Positions 63,142 through 64,000 of a stretch of DNA of 64,000 bases are shown here, one piece after another. The DNA is taken from assembly GCA_002189035.1 (NCBI GenBank), contig CM007990.1:2542001-2606000 (forward strand). The letters run 5' to 3'. The notes under the pieces were generated by a model. That model saw only the letters and a list, made by a program, of their open reading frames with translations. It was not told where the DNA came from and searched no databases. The DNA comes from Utricularia gibba (Eukaryota; Plantae; Magnoliophyta). The first letter of the stretch is position 1; every line of letters begins with the position of its first letter. A program made the position numbers and the translations under genes.

Positions 63142-64000
63142 TGATGACACACATTTTCTCTGAATTTTATAATAAAAAATAATTATATTTTATTGTGGTT
63201 TAGGTTAGATAAATGTGGTTTTTCATGTTTATGTGTGTTTAAGTTAATTTGTGTGTTTATATTAAAAAGTGGACTAAATCCTTTGATTTAGTCCACCACC
63301 TTTGTTACTAATGTTTGACTAAGTTCAGCAGGGAGATCAACCGAAAAATCAGACTTATAAATGTGTAGAACAAGTGAAAAATGGCGACATACCCGAAGAG
63401 AGACAAAGAGCATTGTTCTGCCGCCGCATGCAGTTTGCAAGTTCAAGTCGGGAACAGTGATGGGGTTAGGAACAGTGCAATGGAGTGAAGGAGGGGAGAT
63501 ATTTTTCGAAAAGGGGATAGAGCGGGAACAACAAAGAGCGGAGGAGCGCAGAACACATGCAAGGGGGTTTCTCCCCCAACGCGAAAAAAAATACCAATTA
63601 GAAGAGGAGAAGGAGGCCCTCATCGTCAAGAGCAGCACCAGAGCCCAGTCCAGCGCTACTATTCCGACCTGTAAATAGTAGCAACAGGGTGACAGAACAA
63701 TCTTTATTTCCTTTCAGTTTTATGAACGTTTCGAGTTTCTGTATCTGACTTGCTTATAATGTTCCTGTTATTTTCGCCACATTATTTGAATTGAATCGTG
63801 TTTTCTTTTCCAAGTATGAGTAGCTAAAGCCTTAGGGATTTCTTAAGGTGAAGTATGGTGGTGTGTGCTTAGGGTTAATAATGAAATTTATGTTTGTATC
63901 TTAGCTCTTGTTTCTATCAATCCATGGATAGACCTAAGGAGAGGAATAAGTAGCTTCACAACTTAGATGCTTGATTTAGAGGTAGACTAACAAATCAAGA
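63142..64000 (+). mobile_element. Start of another Athila-like LTR, running off the window end
   Basis: The integrase reading is cut at TGATGACACACATTTT. An AT-rich start, GC-richer middle and atgagtagctaaa...tagg motif recall Athila LTRs. The second LTR is not visible. Confidence 0.55.

Noticed and set aside
63288-63678. Overlapping 105- and 116-aa ORFs near the window end
   Set aside because: They lie inside the putative Athila LTR, with no recognisable domain.

Overview
This is plant (angiosperm) nuclear DNA: gene islands separated by AT-rich, transposon-rich intergenic tracts. No prokaryotic features, CRISPR array, rRNA or tRNA genes were seen. Eight intron-containing host genes were reconstructed by hand: a FLY1/2 (Tul1-type) transmembrane RING E3 ligase (+), an hnRNP Q/R-like RRM protein (-), plastid ribosomal protein L18 (+), a DnaJ-type Cys-rich zinc-finger protein (+), organellar release factor 1 (+), the acetolactate synthase regulatory subunit (-), a GH28 polygalacturonase (+) and a MEKK1-like MAPKKK (-). 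The last two carry four single-base deletions, all at short homopolymer runs, so they are either assembly errors or true nulls. Transposons include a Tat/Retand-type Ty3/gypsy element with both LTRs (12107-18685, -), nested in a MITE-like element and a decayed PIF/Harbinger; a second Harbinger relic; Copia fragments; and an Athila/MULE/LTR nest at the right end. The most notable observation is a multi-exon, frame-consistent antisense gene inside the Tat element (Transposase_28-like domain, basic NLS-like patch, coiled coil). In the same element, internal deletions have fused the RT N-terminus in frame to the integrase C-terminal half. All coordinates come from manual reading, with no database searches.
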